Assembly (NCBI GenBank): GCA_964560005.1
Contig: CAZLKB010000003.1
Span: 40,712 to 104,711 of the forward strand
Direction: 5' to 3'
From: an uncultured Gammaproteobacteria bacterium
GTDB taxonomy: Bacteria > Patescibacteriota > Patescibacteriia > Patescibacteriales > GWC2-42-12
DNA length: 64,000 bases
Under the pieces are notes generated by a model. That model did no database searches, had not been told where the DNA came from, and worked only from the letters and a program-made list of their open reading frames with translations. Made by a program: the position numbers and the translations under genes. The first letter of the stretch is position 1. The number at the start of each line of letters is the position of its first letter. Shown piece by piece: positions 1-8,705 of the stretch.

Positions 1-1212
1 ACCGGATTGGTGAAAACATTGATATTTTTCACATTCTGATAATCATTTCCGTTAAAATCCGGACTTGAACACATTGATATGACCGCGCCCGTTTTCGGTT
101 CCATGATGATTACGCTGCCGCCGTCAGCGCCATGCCTGGCGACGGCTTCATTTAACTTAGTGCAAGCCATGGATTGAATGGAGCGGTTAATCGTTAATAT
201 TATATCGGCGCCGTTTTCGGCCTCATAGTATTCGCGGTCATTGATTATAATGGCCTTGCCTTTGGCATCGCGTTCAATTTTAATGGAACCGGGCTTGCCG
301 GCCAGCTCATAATCAAAATATTCTTCCAATCCATAACGGCCCTGCTGATTGTCGCCGACGAAACCGACGAAGCCTAAGAGGTTTGAGCCGATATTATTTT
401 CCGGGTAATAGCGAAAAGGCTTCTCGGAGAAATAAATACCAGCAATGGTTAGCCGCTCTTTTTTCCCGTTTTTCAAAATAAATAAAGAATTATTTTCAAC
501 CTCTAAATCGTTTTCTTTCTCGCCCTCGGCCGAAAAGTTTAGATCAAGATAAAACTTTTTCAAAATTATTTCGTCCACTTTTTGTTCTAACGGCTCATAA
601 ATATCATCGGCCTTTTTTAATTTTTTCAAATAAGCCGAAATAATTTCGTTTTTTCTTAAGTTTATCTCCGCCTCTCTCCTGATTTTTCTCACTTCCTGAA
701 ATTTTTTGTCTATTAAAAGCTTTTGATGATTAGCCATTATTTCAATTTGTTTAGCTCGATTTTTTTCATCGGACAAGTCCCCCAGAGCGTCTATTTGCGA
801 TTTCAATTCGGCCGCGTCTTCTTCTTCAAGCATTTTATCAACGGATTTTTCCGTTGCCTCGCGCTTAAAGGTTAGATATAGCTGTTCGCTGATTTTTTCC
901 GCGTCATTGACCTCTTTCGGTACGGCAAAAAGCAGATAAAAATTTTTATTGGTGGCCACCGGATAAAGCCGGCCGTTTTCGCCTTTTTCGTCATTTTGAA
1001 TAAAAATCCTGCCCCGTTCCGGCTCCAATAAGCTGTAAATTTGATGCTGATTGGCGGCTAAATTATAATATAATTCATAATTTAAAACCTGGAGATCGAA
1101 TAATTTGTAAATTATGCAGCCGGTTAATAAAAAAATAATCGCAATAATTAAATTGATGCGACTATTATTTATTTTTTCAAAATTTTTATGCCCCTTTTTC
1201 CAAAACGACATA
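1..1212 (-). CDS. ftsI: Penicillin-binding protein (FtsI-like transpeptidase), partial; the ORF runs off the window start
   Basis: Minus-strand frame reading MSFWKKGHKNF... from the ATG at 1212 stays open to position 1. It has an N-terminal TM segment, a PBP dimerisation-like region and GSVIIMEPKTGAV (start of the transpeptidase domain). It sits downstream of ftsL-rsmH-mraZ. It is absent from the ORF track because it is truncated by the window edge. Confidence 0.6.
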
Positions 1213-1264
1213 TTAAAATATTTCTAATTTATATAGATGGGACATTTGGCTTCTAATTTTAGCG

Positions 1265-1615
1265 CTATTTTTTTGCCACGGTTCCATTAATCACGCTTAT
1301 ATACTCAATGTTTCCGACCGCGACCATTTCTAAATTACTTATTTTCTTGCTCACGGCGCTATAAGAACTCAAATCAACGGCTTGGAGCTCCAATCTTTTA
1401 TTCTCATCCGACAGTTTGCCATACTGCGCTTTTAAATCATTTAAAACATAGCCCTTGATGGCTAGATCGTTTACCCCGGCGATATAAAAAATCCCCAAGG
1501 CTATTATGCCGAAAAGCAATAATTTATTCAGATTTCTAAAGTTTAAAAGATTTTTCTTTATTGATTTTACCTTACTGTTAACCTGACAATTTTTTAGGAT
1601 TTTTATTTTTTCCAT
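1265..1615 (-). CDS. Cell division protein FtsL-like (septum formation initiator)
   Basis: 116 aa with a single TM helix (LLLFGIIALGIFYIAG) followed by a coiled-coil-like segment. It lies between rsmH and the PBP gene, as in dcw clusters. Confidence 0.5.
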   Translation of the reverse strand: MEKIKILKNCQVNSKVKSIKKNLLNFRNLNKLLLFGIIALGIFYIAGVNDLAIKGYVLNDLKAQYGKLSDENKRLELQAVDLSSYSAVSKKISNLEMVAVGNIEYISVINGTVAKK

Positions 1616-1630
1616 ATTGAATTTTTATTT

Positions 1631-2584
1631 TTATATTATTTTTTCCACCACTCTTAGTCTGGCGCTTCTGGCTCTCGGATTGCTTGAGACTTCCTCGGCC
1701 GCTGGCTTTAAAATGCCCCGTGTTATAATTTTTATCTTGGCCTTATGCCCGCATTGGCAAACGGGAAATCGCGGCGGGCAAAGACAGTCTCTTGATTCTT
1801 GTTTAAAATATTGCTTAACGATTCTATCTTCTAAACTATGGTAGGCCATAACCGCTAATTTACCTCCCGGCTTAAGCAGGTCGACGGCTTGAGGCAGGGC
1901 TGCTCGCAGATTTTCCAGCTCCTGGTTAACGGCGATGCGCAATGCTTGAAAAACCTTGGTTGCCGGATGTATCTTGTCCCGCTGAAATCGCCTTGGTATG
2001 GCGCCGATAATAATTTTAACCAATTGATCCGTGGTGGTGATTCGTTTAATCAGGCGCTCATTAGATATGGCTAAAGCGATCTTGTAGGCGAATTTCTCTT
2101 CGCCGTAGTCTTTAAAAATCCTACTGATATCTTCAACGCTCCAATTATTGATAATATTTTCAGCCGTCTCTAAGTTCCGCCCGCCGAAATTCATGCTTAA
2201 CGGCGCGCCAGCCAAATTGAAAGAAAATCCTCTAAGCCGATCGTTGAGTTGAGCTGATGATAGCCCCAAATCAAATACAATGCCGTCAAATCGGTCATTC
2301 GCTGTAAAATATCTTTTGGCAATTTCCGATAAATTTTTAAAATTTTCATGAGCTAATAATAATTTATGATTCTTGATTGGCGATTTAAGGCTTATTTCCG
2401 CGTTGGCAATGGCTAAACTATCAAGATCAATAGCCAAAACTTGTCCCCGGCCGCCGAGCCGGTCCAGAATCGCTTGGCTGTAGCCGCCTCCGCCTAAAGT
2501 GCAATCTATATAACGGCCGCTCGGTTGCGGCGCTAAATATTCCATTACCTCCCTTAGCATTACCGGTATATGTCTATATTCCAT
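1631..2584 (-). CDS. rsmH: 16S rRNA m4C1402 methyltransferase RsmH (MraW)
   Basis: MEYRHIPVMLREVMEYLAPQPSGRYIDCTLGGGGYSQAIL... gives a full-length match to the RsmH family pattern. It follows mraZ. Confidence 0.9.
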   Translation of the reverse strand: MEYRHIPVMLREVMEYLAPQPSGRYIDCTLGGGGYSQAILDRLGGRGQVLAIDLDSLAIANAEISLKSPIKNHKLLLAHENFKNLSEIAKRYFTANDRFDGIVFDLGLSSAQLNDRLRGFSFNLAGAPLSMNFGGRNLETAENIINNWSVEDISRIFKDYGEEKFAYKIALAISNERLIKRITTTDQLVKIIIGAIPRRFQRDKIHPATKVFQALRIAVNQELENLRAALPQAVDLLKPGGKLAVMAYHSLEDRIVKQYFKQESRDCLCPPRFPVCQCGHKAKIKIITRGILKPAAEEVSSNPRARSARLRVVEKII

Positions 2585-2770
2585 ATGCTTGGCTCATTTA
2601 CAAAACTAGCGCTTTCTGCCTTTGAGTTAAAACCTCTCTCAAAATATTGCTATCAACTAATGGCGCCTTAATCACTCTAACTTTTAAATTAAAAAATTGC
2701 TTTTTTGACTTTTGTTGAGGAACTAATTTTGTCATATTTTTATTTTTATTTATTATTATTTTTACCATTT

Positions 2771-3202
2771 CTAAACTGCCAACTCTCCCAAGGCCTCGGC
2801 TATATCGGCGCTCTTCTTCTCCGTGCCATGCTTATATTTATTCCAAACCGTTTCGTCCCATATTTCCAATCTATCGTAAAGTCCGGCGAAGACCAGTTTC
2901 TTTTTCAGGCCGGCGAATTTCCTTAAATATTCAGGCAGCATAATTCTGCCCTGATTATCAAAATCAACATCCATAGCGCCGGCCAGCATAAAACGACCGA
3001 AAGCCCGCGGATTAGCTTTGCTGATCGGCAACTTAGAAAGTTTAATGGCCAGTTCCTGCCATTCCTTCTTGGTGTATAAAAAAAGACAGTTATCCAATCC
3101 CTTGGTAACCACGGCTCCGCCTTTTAAAATAGCCCGGAATTTCGCCGGTACCGCTACCCTGCCCTTGTCGTCCAGGTTGTGATTGTATTCGCCGATAAAC
3201 AT
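2771..3202 (-). CDS. mraZ: Transcriptional regulator MraZ
   Basis: MFIGEYNHNLDDKGRVAVPAKFR... shows the duplicated MraZ DXXXR motif regions. It is the first gene of the dcw cluster. Confidence 0.9.
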   Translation of the reverse strand: MFIGEYNHNLDDKGRVAVPAKFRAILKGGAVVTKGLDNCLFLYTKKEWQELAIKLSKLPISKANPRAFGRFMLAGAMDVDFDNQGRIMLPEYLRKFAGLKKKLVFAGLYDRLEIWDETVWNKYKHGTEKKSADIAEALGELAV

Positions 3203-3404
3203 AGCGATTGCTTAATTGATTAACCCGCCAAGGCGGGGCGCTAACCAAGCTGATATATGATAAACACAGTGTTGATGCACTGCTGTATTGTTTTTTAATT
3301 TTTGTTTTTGTTTTTTATCGGCCGAAGCTTTTTGCCTTGGCTGATAATTTTTTACTCCGTTGAATAGCGCCTGGCGCTGATTTTACCTTAGGTAAAATTA
3401 TTTA

Positions 3405-3625
3405 ACGGAGTGAAGCTGCGGCCTTGATTAGGGCTCCTAAGGAGGCTGACCGGTCCCGCTTAAGCGAGGCGGATCAAACCCCTTCTTTGCCTTAATTAAT
3501 TGTTCCGTTAGGCACGGAACGAGCCTAATGCAGATCCGGCGTAAAGCCAGTCTGTCTTTTGCCGGCGAAATTATCTTGGCCGGCATGTCTCGCCTAACAA
3601 AGGCGGACTTATATTTTATTTTTAT
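3405..3625. ncRNA. Candidate structured RNA or leader in a GC-rich island upstream of mraZ (identity unknown)
   Basis: About 220 nt of visibly elevated GC in an AT-rich genome. It holds several perfect local hairpins (gttccgttaggcacggaac; gccggcgaaattatcttggccggc; ccgcttaagcgg) and a possible long-range ggcggatc/gatccggc pairing. The overlapping 78-aa ORF has no convincing coding features. I could not match it to RNase P, tmRNA or SRP consensus by eye. Confidence 0.2.
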
Positions 3626-3890
3626 TTTGAAAAAGCTGAAAGATAAAGAATTGAACTTTGGGTTATTCACCACTTTTCACCACTAATCACCAATATACTA
3701 TAATTATATACCACAAAATGCCATTTGTCAATGATAAGCCGCCACTAAAATTTTATCTAAGATTAAATTAAAAAATAAAAAAAATACCCGCCGATTGACC
3801 GGTGGATATTTCTTATAAATTTCATTTTATTTTTTAGATGATACTTATCAACCGCTTTTCCACATCTATGCCTTTAATCGCCAGTTTATT

Positions 3891-4274
3891 TTAAAAACCG
3901 GACCTTTTCTTGGTAATTTTAGCTTGGCTGCTATATAATGGAGCCACTATGTTAAAAATTCGCCTTTGTCCTCTAACCGTTTTCGTCCGGCCCGCCTCGC
4001 CTGACGCCGGTATGCCTAGAGCGAAAGCTAAAGCGTTGGCCGTAACCACGCCGATACGCAAAGAAGTGAAACTGCCTCCCCGATTAGCTGCTTCAATCGC
4101 CTTAAAATCGCTTAACTTCAGCCTATTGGCTTTAAGAAATTTAGAAATTTCGGGCAAAAGTTTTTCCGCTTGAGTGCGATCTGAGGCATACTGCTTTCGC
4201 GCGATAATTTTATTTTGATCTTTAAAGCCAATTTCAATTATATTATTTTGTATTGTGTTGATAAATAAAATCAT
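3891..4274 (-). CDS. tsaB: TsaB/YeaZ-like protein (short form of the tRNA t6A biosynthesis Gcp paralogue)
   Basis: GGSFTSLRIGVVTANALAFALGIP motif is typical of YeaZ/TsaB N-terminal domains. Only 127 aa, so it is a truncated version. Confidence 0.5.
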   Translation of the reverse strand: MILFINTIQNNIIEIGFKDQNKIIARKQYASDRTQAEKLLPEISKFLKANRLKLSDFKAIEAANRGGSFTSLRIGVVTANALAFALGIPASGEAGRTKTVRGQRRIFNIVAPLYSSQAKITKKRSGF

Positions 4275-4291
4275 AATTGCCGGCTTCTTTG

Positions 4292-4364
4292 AGCCACCCG
4301 TCGGATTCGGACCGACGACCTACGGTTTACAAAACCGTTGCTCTACCAGCTGAGCTAGGGTGGC
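4292..4364 (-). tRNA. tRNA-Thr (anticodon TGT)
   Basis: The reverse complement folds as a cloverleaf: acceptor GCCACCC/GGGTGGC, D arm GCTC-AGCTGGTA-GAGC, anticodon stem ACGGT/ACCGT with loop TTTGTAA, T arm GTCGG-TCCGAAT-CCGAC. CCA is not encoded. Confidence 0.8.
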
Positions 4365-4490
4365 ATAATAATGTAAGCTTCAAAATTAAAAAATCAAAAT
4401 GACAATGCAAAATTTAAAATTAGCAATTTAAAAAAATTTTAATTTTAAACTGTCATTTTTAACTTTGATTTTTACATTTTGAATTTTTAT

Positions 4491-4612
4491 GTGCGTCGTG
4501 CTGGAATCGAAGCTCCTCTGTGCCGACCTCGTCGCTAAAATTGGATAACAGGACGACCGTCAGCTTAAAAATCCGCCAGCTGGCGGATCTGCGACTGAGC
4601 TAACTCTATGCA
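4491..4612 (-). pseudogene. Degenerate partial copy of tRNA-Lys (intact 3' T-arm/acceptor copy plus a decayed body)
   Basis: 4491-4511 (gtgcgtcgtgctggaatcgaa) is identical to 4634-4654 at the 3' end of tRNA-Lys. 4555-4605 retains D-arm and anticodon-loop remnants (ttagctcag ... ttttaagctga). The 5' acceptor strand is lost. Confidence 0.4.
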
Positions 4613-4634
4613 TTTTCTATTTTTATATTGTTAG

Positions 4635-4707
4635 TGCGTCGTGCTGGAATCGAACCAGCGACCATCAGCTTAAAAGGCTGTTGCTCTGCCAGCTGAGCTA
4701 ACGACGC
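4635..4707 (-). tRNA. tRNA-Lys (anticodon TTT)
   Basis: Reverse complement GCGTCGT-TA-GCTC-AGCTGGCA-GAGC-A-ACAGC-CTTTTAA-GCTGA-TGGTC-GCTGG-TTCGATT-CCAGC-ACGACGC-A is a canonical cloverleaf. Confidence 0.85.
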
Positions 4708-4867
4708 AAAATTAAAAAGTCCGCTTCCGAGGACGAATCAATTAATAATAAAATAACATATATATTTAAAAAAGGCAAGATTAAGGTGGAAAGATGGTGC
4801 ACGGTAAGTTAAAAAATAACGATTTTTTACTCTTGATAAAACTCGGCCGCCAGTGTAACATAACTGT

Positions 4868-6262
4868 ATGGCTGAAAATAAAACTCCAATCTCAAAATTA
4901 CCGCCGCAAAATCTTGAGGCTGAAAGCTCTCTCTTGGGCTGCTTAATGATTGATAAAGACGCGATCTTCAAAATAGCCGACACTTTACAGCCCGAAGATT
5001 TTTATAAAGACAGTAATCGCCTGATTTACGCCGCCATGCGCGATTTGTATGTCCACCATGAACCTATAGATATTTTAACCTTAACGGCGAAGCTGGAAGA
5101 AAAAAACCAGCTGGAAAAGATAAACGGCCGAACCTATTTAGCCGAACTAGGCAATACCGTCGCCACCTCGGCTCATGTAGTCTTCTATTCAAATATCATA
5201 CAGCGCAAGGCTACTCTAAGGCGCCTCTTAAGCGCTTCGGCTGAAATAAGCGAACTGGGGTACCGTGAAGACGAGGAAGTTGAAACAATCCTGGATGAAG
5301 CTGAGCAAAAATTATTCGGCGTTTCGCAAAAATATTTAAAAAATGTCTTCTTGCCGATTGATAATCTATTGACCGAAGCTTTTGACAGAATTGACGAACT
5401 GCACAAGCAAAGCGGAAAATTACGCGGCCTGCCTACCGGTTTTCCCGATTTGGACAATCTATTGGCCGGATTGCAAAAATCAGATTTAGTCATATTGGCG
5501 GCCAGGCCAAGCGTCGGCAAAACTTCTTTAGCTCTTGACATCGCCCGACTTTCCGCCATTAAAAGCAAAATCCCGGTCGGCATCTTTTCTTTAGAAATGA
5601 GCAAAGAGCAATTGGTTGACCGCATGCTTTGCGCCCAGGCTAATGTCAGCTTATGGCGCATGCGCACGGGCAAGCTATCGGACAAAGAAGAGGACAATGA
5701 TTTTTCGCGCATCGGCGATGCTATGGGGCAATTATCCGAAGCGCCGATTTATATTGATGATTCGGCCAGCTCAAATATCATGGAAATAAGATCTAAAGCG
5801 CGCCGGCTTCAAGTGGAAAAAGGCTTGGGCCTCTTGGTTATTGACTATCTTCAACTCATGGAAGGGCGCGGCAAATACGGTGATAATCGCGTCCAAGAAG
5901 TCGCTGAAATAACCAGAGGCATGAAGGCTATCGCCCGCGAATTGAATATCCCGGTACTGGCCTTATCCCAGCTCGCGCGCGCGGTAGAAATGAGCAAGCC
6001 GGCCATACCTCGGCTCGCCCATTTAAGAGAGTCCGGCTCAATTGAGCAGGATGCCGATGTGGTCATATTTATTTACCGTAAAGCCGCCGATCGCGGATAT
6101 AATTATGATGAGTTATCGGAAGCCGACAAACACAACGCTGAAATTCATATCGCCAAGCATAGAAACGGGCCAACCGGAAAAATAAATTTATTTTTTGATG
6201 AAAATACCGTAAGTTTTAAAAGTGTTGCTAAATCCAGCCAGGGAGATCAACCGGAATACTAA
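4868..6262 (+). CDS. dnaB: Replicative DNA helicase DnaB
   Basis: N-terminal DnaB domain (LPPQNLEAESSLLGCLM), Walker A ARPSVGKTSLALDIA and the RecA-like C-terminal domain. Confidence 0.95.
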   Translation: MAENKTPISKLPPQNLEAESSLLGCLMIDKDAIFKIADTLQPEDFYKDSNRLIYAAMRDLYVHHEPIDILTLTAKLEEKNQLEKINGRTYLAELGNTVATSAHVVFYSNIIQRKATLRRLLSASAEISELGYREDEEVETILDEAEQKLFGVSQKYLKNVFLPIDNLLTEAFDRIDELHKQSGKLRGLPTGFPDLDNLLAGLQKSDLVILAARPSVGKTSLALDIARLSAIKSKIPVGIFSLEMSKEQLVDRMLCAQANVSLWRMRTGKLSDKEEDNDFSRIGDAMGQLSEAPIYIDDSASSNIMEIRSKARRLQVEKGLGLLVIDYLQLMEGRGKYGDNRVQEVAEITRGMKAIARELNIPVLALSQLARAVEMSKPAIPRLAHLRESGSIEQDADVVIFIYRKAADRGYNYDELSEADKHNAEIHIAKHRNGPTGKINLFFDENTVSFKSVAKSSQGDQPEY

Positions 6263-6275
6263 TAATCGATCAGTC

Positions 6276-6308
6276 ATTGCGGGCTTGACCCGCAATCTAG
6301 ATTTTTTT
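6276..6308 (+). terminator. Rho-independent terminator after dnaB
   Basis: attgcgggcttgacccgcaat hairpin followed by a T run. A second near-identical hairpin (attgcggctcgggggccgcaat) lies at 6322-6343. Confidence 0.6.
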
Positions 6309-6356
6309 CACTAATAATTAGATTGCGGCTCGGGGGCCGCAATGACAATATAATTT

Positions 6357-6632
6357 ATGTTCAATAAACTAAAACAATTCAGAGACTTAAGAAGCCAGGC
6401 TAAAACTTTGCAAAATGCCTTGGCTCAAGAATCGGTAGAATATGAAAAAAACGGCGTTAAAGCGGTCATGAACGGCAATATGGAAATCACGCGATTGACA
6501 ATCGACGCGGGCATCGCCAACGACAGGCTGCAAAATATTTTAACCGAAGTAATAAACGAAACCATCAAGCGGGCTCAGAAAATCATGGCAAAAAAGGTGC
6601 AGGAGATGGGAGGAATACAAGGGTTCAATTAA
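6357..6632 (+). CDS. ybaB: Nucleoid-associated protein YbaB/EbfC
   Basis: 91 aa with the YbaB-family pattern (MNGNMEITRLTID...), sitting in the classic ybaB-recR pair. Confidence 0.85.
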   Translation: MFNKLKQFRDLRSQAKTLQNALAQESVEYEKNGVKAVMNGNMEITRLTIDAGIANDRLQNILTEVINETIKRAQKIMAKKVQEMGGIQGFN

Positions 6633-6737
6633 AAATGTAAAAATTAAAATGAAAAATGACAGTTAAAAATGTAAAATTAATAATTTTTAATTTTGCATTG
6701 TCATTTTACATTTTGAGATTTACATTTTACATTTTGC

Positions 6738-7334
6738 ATGCGCTATCCTGCTTCCATCCAAAACCTAATTGATCACTTTAGCAAACTGCCCACGGTCGGG
6801 CCTAAAACCGCCGAGCGGTATGTTTTTTATTTATTAAAGGCGCATCCGGAGAGCCTCCAGCAGTTCGCTCAGGCCATTGCCGAATTAAAAGAAAAAACCA
6901 CCATCTGCCGAACCTGCCTGGCAATCGCCGAAACCAACCCCTGCTCAATCTGCGCCGATCCAAGAAGAAACCGTTCGGTAATCTGCCTGGTGGCTGACAC
7001 CCGCGACCTCTTAGCCATTGAATCTACCAAGCAATTCAGCGGTCTCTACCAAGTTTTAGGCGGCGTAATCAACACGATCGAAGGCGCCGGACCGGAGCGG
7101 CTTAATCTAAAACAGCTGACCGGCAGGCTGAAACAACAACCTATTAAAGAAATTATTATGGCCTTTAATCCCGACCTGGAAGGCGAAACCACATCCCTAT
7201 ACATAGCCAAACTTTTAAAGAGCCATAAATTAAAAATCACCCGCCTGGCCAAGGGTCTGCCCATGGGCGCTGACCTGGAATACGCCGACGAAATAACTCT
7301 AAGCAACGCCTTAAAATATAGAAGCGAGATATAA
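6738..7334 (+). CDS. recR: Recombination protein RecR
   Basis: HhH motif LPTVGPKTAERYVFYLL, a C4 zinc finger (CRTCLAIAETNPCSIC) and a Toprim domain. Confidence 0.95.
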   Translation: MRYPASIQNLIDHFSKLPTVGPKTAERYVFYLLKAHPESLQQFAQAIAELKEKTTICRTCLAIAETNPCSICADPRRNRSVICLVADTRDLLAIESTKQFSGLYQVLGGVINTIEGAGPERLNLKQLTGRLKQQPIKEIIMAFNPDLEGETTSLYIAKLLKSHKLKITRLAKGLPMGADLEYADEITLSNALKYRSEI

Positions 7335-7366
7335 AAAAACGGCGAGAATGAACTCGTCGTTGAGCT

Positions 7367-7492
7367 TAATAGCTGAGTAGCACTTCAATGCCCTGCTTGA
7401 TTGCCGCCCAGATGATAATAATAACCGGGCTAAGCATCATCAGAACCGCCAGTGCCAGACCGCACCTTTTTGTTATGATTTTAGCATGCATA
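7367..7492 (-). CDS. Small hydrophobic peptide (41 aa), hypothetical
   Basis: MHAKIITKRCGLALAVLMMLSPVIIIIWAAIKQGIEVLLSY forms a single TM helix. It is GC-richer than its surroundings, divergent from the 111-aa ORF, and the pair is flanked by duplicated hairpins. Not in the ORF track because it is under 60 aa. Confidence 0.25.
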
Positions 7493-7582
7493 AAACTTTT
7501 TCCAAAGGACTGATTACATTATAAATTAAATACCTTAGCGAAGTCAAGCTGAAAAAATTTAATTGAAATAAAATATAAAAAT

Positions 7583-7918
7583 ATGGGAAAAATCGTTTCA
7601 ATAAAATTAAACCAGGCTCAAATTGCCTTGGAAGACTGCCGTGTTCGCCTATCCGTAAAATACAAGGGGGTATATTGTTCGGAAATCAAAATTTGGAAGT
7701 TACCTGAATCCGGCAACCTCCTTAATCTGCTGAAAATTAAAAAAACCTACTGGGCGGCTTACGGCGATTCGGCTAAATTTTTGCAGGGCTGGTTATATCA
7801 AGACGATTTAATGAAAATTTTGGCTTCTAAAATTGAAAAATGTTCGAATGAAAGTGATCTAAAAGCGTTATGTTTAGATCTAAATAGAATAATAGGAAAA
7901 AAAAATCACGATTTATAA
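7583..7918 (+). CDS. Hypothetical protein (111 aa)
   Basis: Clean ORF ending in the repeated hairpin terminator cggcgagaatcaactcgccg at 7925-7947. No recognisable family. Confidence 0.5.
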   Translation: MGKIVSIKLNQAQIALEDCRVRLSVKYKGVYCSEIKIWKLPESGNLLNLLKIKKTYWAAYGDSAKFLQGWLYQDDLMKILASKIEKCSNESDLKALCLDLNRIIGKKNHDL

Positions 7919-8203
7919 TAAAAAACGGCGAGAATCAACTCGCCGCTGAACCGGATAACGCAATGCCGCATCAGTTGGTTTGCTGGCATTATTTCAACGA
8001 CGACACTAATGCCGTCACAATCGCCGCAACGCAGAAAGTGGCTGAACCGAAAATTAGGACCAAGCAAAATAAGGGGGCGGCTTGAAAAGAACATTTTACT
8101 ATTTTTATTATCATTAGTCTCTCCTTTTGTAGGTTACCTATTTTATTATATATGCCTTTATTGCAATGTCAAATTAATAAGCAATAATAACTGTAAATAT
8201 AAC

Positions 8204-8238
8204 TAAAAAAACACGAGATCTCTAACCTCGTGTTTTTT
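8204..8238 (-). terminator. Rho-independent terminator downstream of rplU
   Basis: acacgag-atctctaac-ctcgtgt hairpin flanked by A and T runs, so it can act bidirectionally. It is followed by the GC-rich element at 8241-8290. Confidence 0.6.
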
Positions 8239-8293
8239 ACCCCCTTGATAAATTTATCCGCCTCTGGCGGAGGGGGTTGGGGGGATTTATCTT

Positions 8294-8620
8294 CTATACT
8301 TTAGTAATTTCCACTTTGGTAAACGGCTGGTGATGGCCGACATTCCTCTTATATCTGGTTTTATTCTTAAATTTAATGACGCTGATTTTTTTATTTCTCC
8401 CCTGCTCAATAACCTTGCCTTCCACCAGTTCGCCCAAGAACGGCTTGCCCAATTCAACTTTAACTTGCCCTGAGCCAATTGAAGGGTCTCCTTCTGCCGC
8501 CATTAGGGTTTGGAACTTTAAAACTTCGCCTGCCTTGGCGTCTATTTTTTCAATTTTTAAATTTTGCCCTTGGCTCACTTTATATTGTTTGCCGCCGGTT
8601 TTAATTACTGCGATTTTCAT
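8294..8620 (-). CDS. rplU: 50S ribosomal protein L21
   Basis: MKIAVIKTGGKQYKVSQGQNLKIEKI... aligns with bL21 along its whole length. Confidence 0.9.
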   Translation of the reverse strand: MKIAVIKTGGKQYKVSQGQNLKIEKIDAKAGEVLKFQTLMAAEGDPSIGSGQVKVELGKPFLGELVEGKVIEQGRNKKISVIKFKNKTRYKRNVGHHQPFTKVEITKV

Positions 8621-8705
8621 AGTCCTGTAATACTAATACTGCAAATGACACGCGAATACTGCGAATTTGTAGTATTTGAATTATAATTTATTGTATTGAT
8701 TAATC

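Noticed and set aside
3437-3673. 78-aa minus-strand ORF in the ORF track
   Set aside because: It lies wholly within the GC-rich, hairpin-dense block upstream of mraZ. It has no plausible ribosome binding site and an odd composition. It is more likely a structured RNA or leader than a protein.
4371-4707. Integrated mobile element at the tRNA-Lys duplication
   Set aside because: No integrase, recombinase or transposase ORF occurs anywhere in the window, and the duplicated segment encloses only about 120 bp. It is reported as a scar or remnant rather than an active mobile element.
5185-6066. Minus-strand ORFs (175 aa and 71 aa) inside dnaB
   Set aside because: They are antisense to a full-length, high-confidence DnaB, with no independent support.
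7906-8206. Overlapping 62-aa (minus) and 65-aa (plus) ORFs between the 111-aa ORF and rplU
   Set aside because: There is no coding signal and the two are mutually overlapping. The region more likely holds the rplU 3' UTR and terminators; it was left unannotated.
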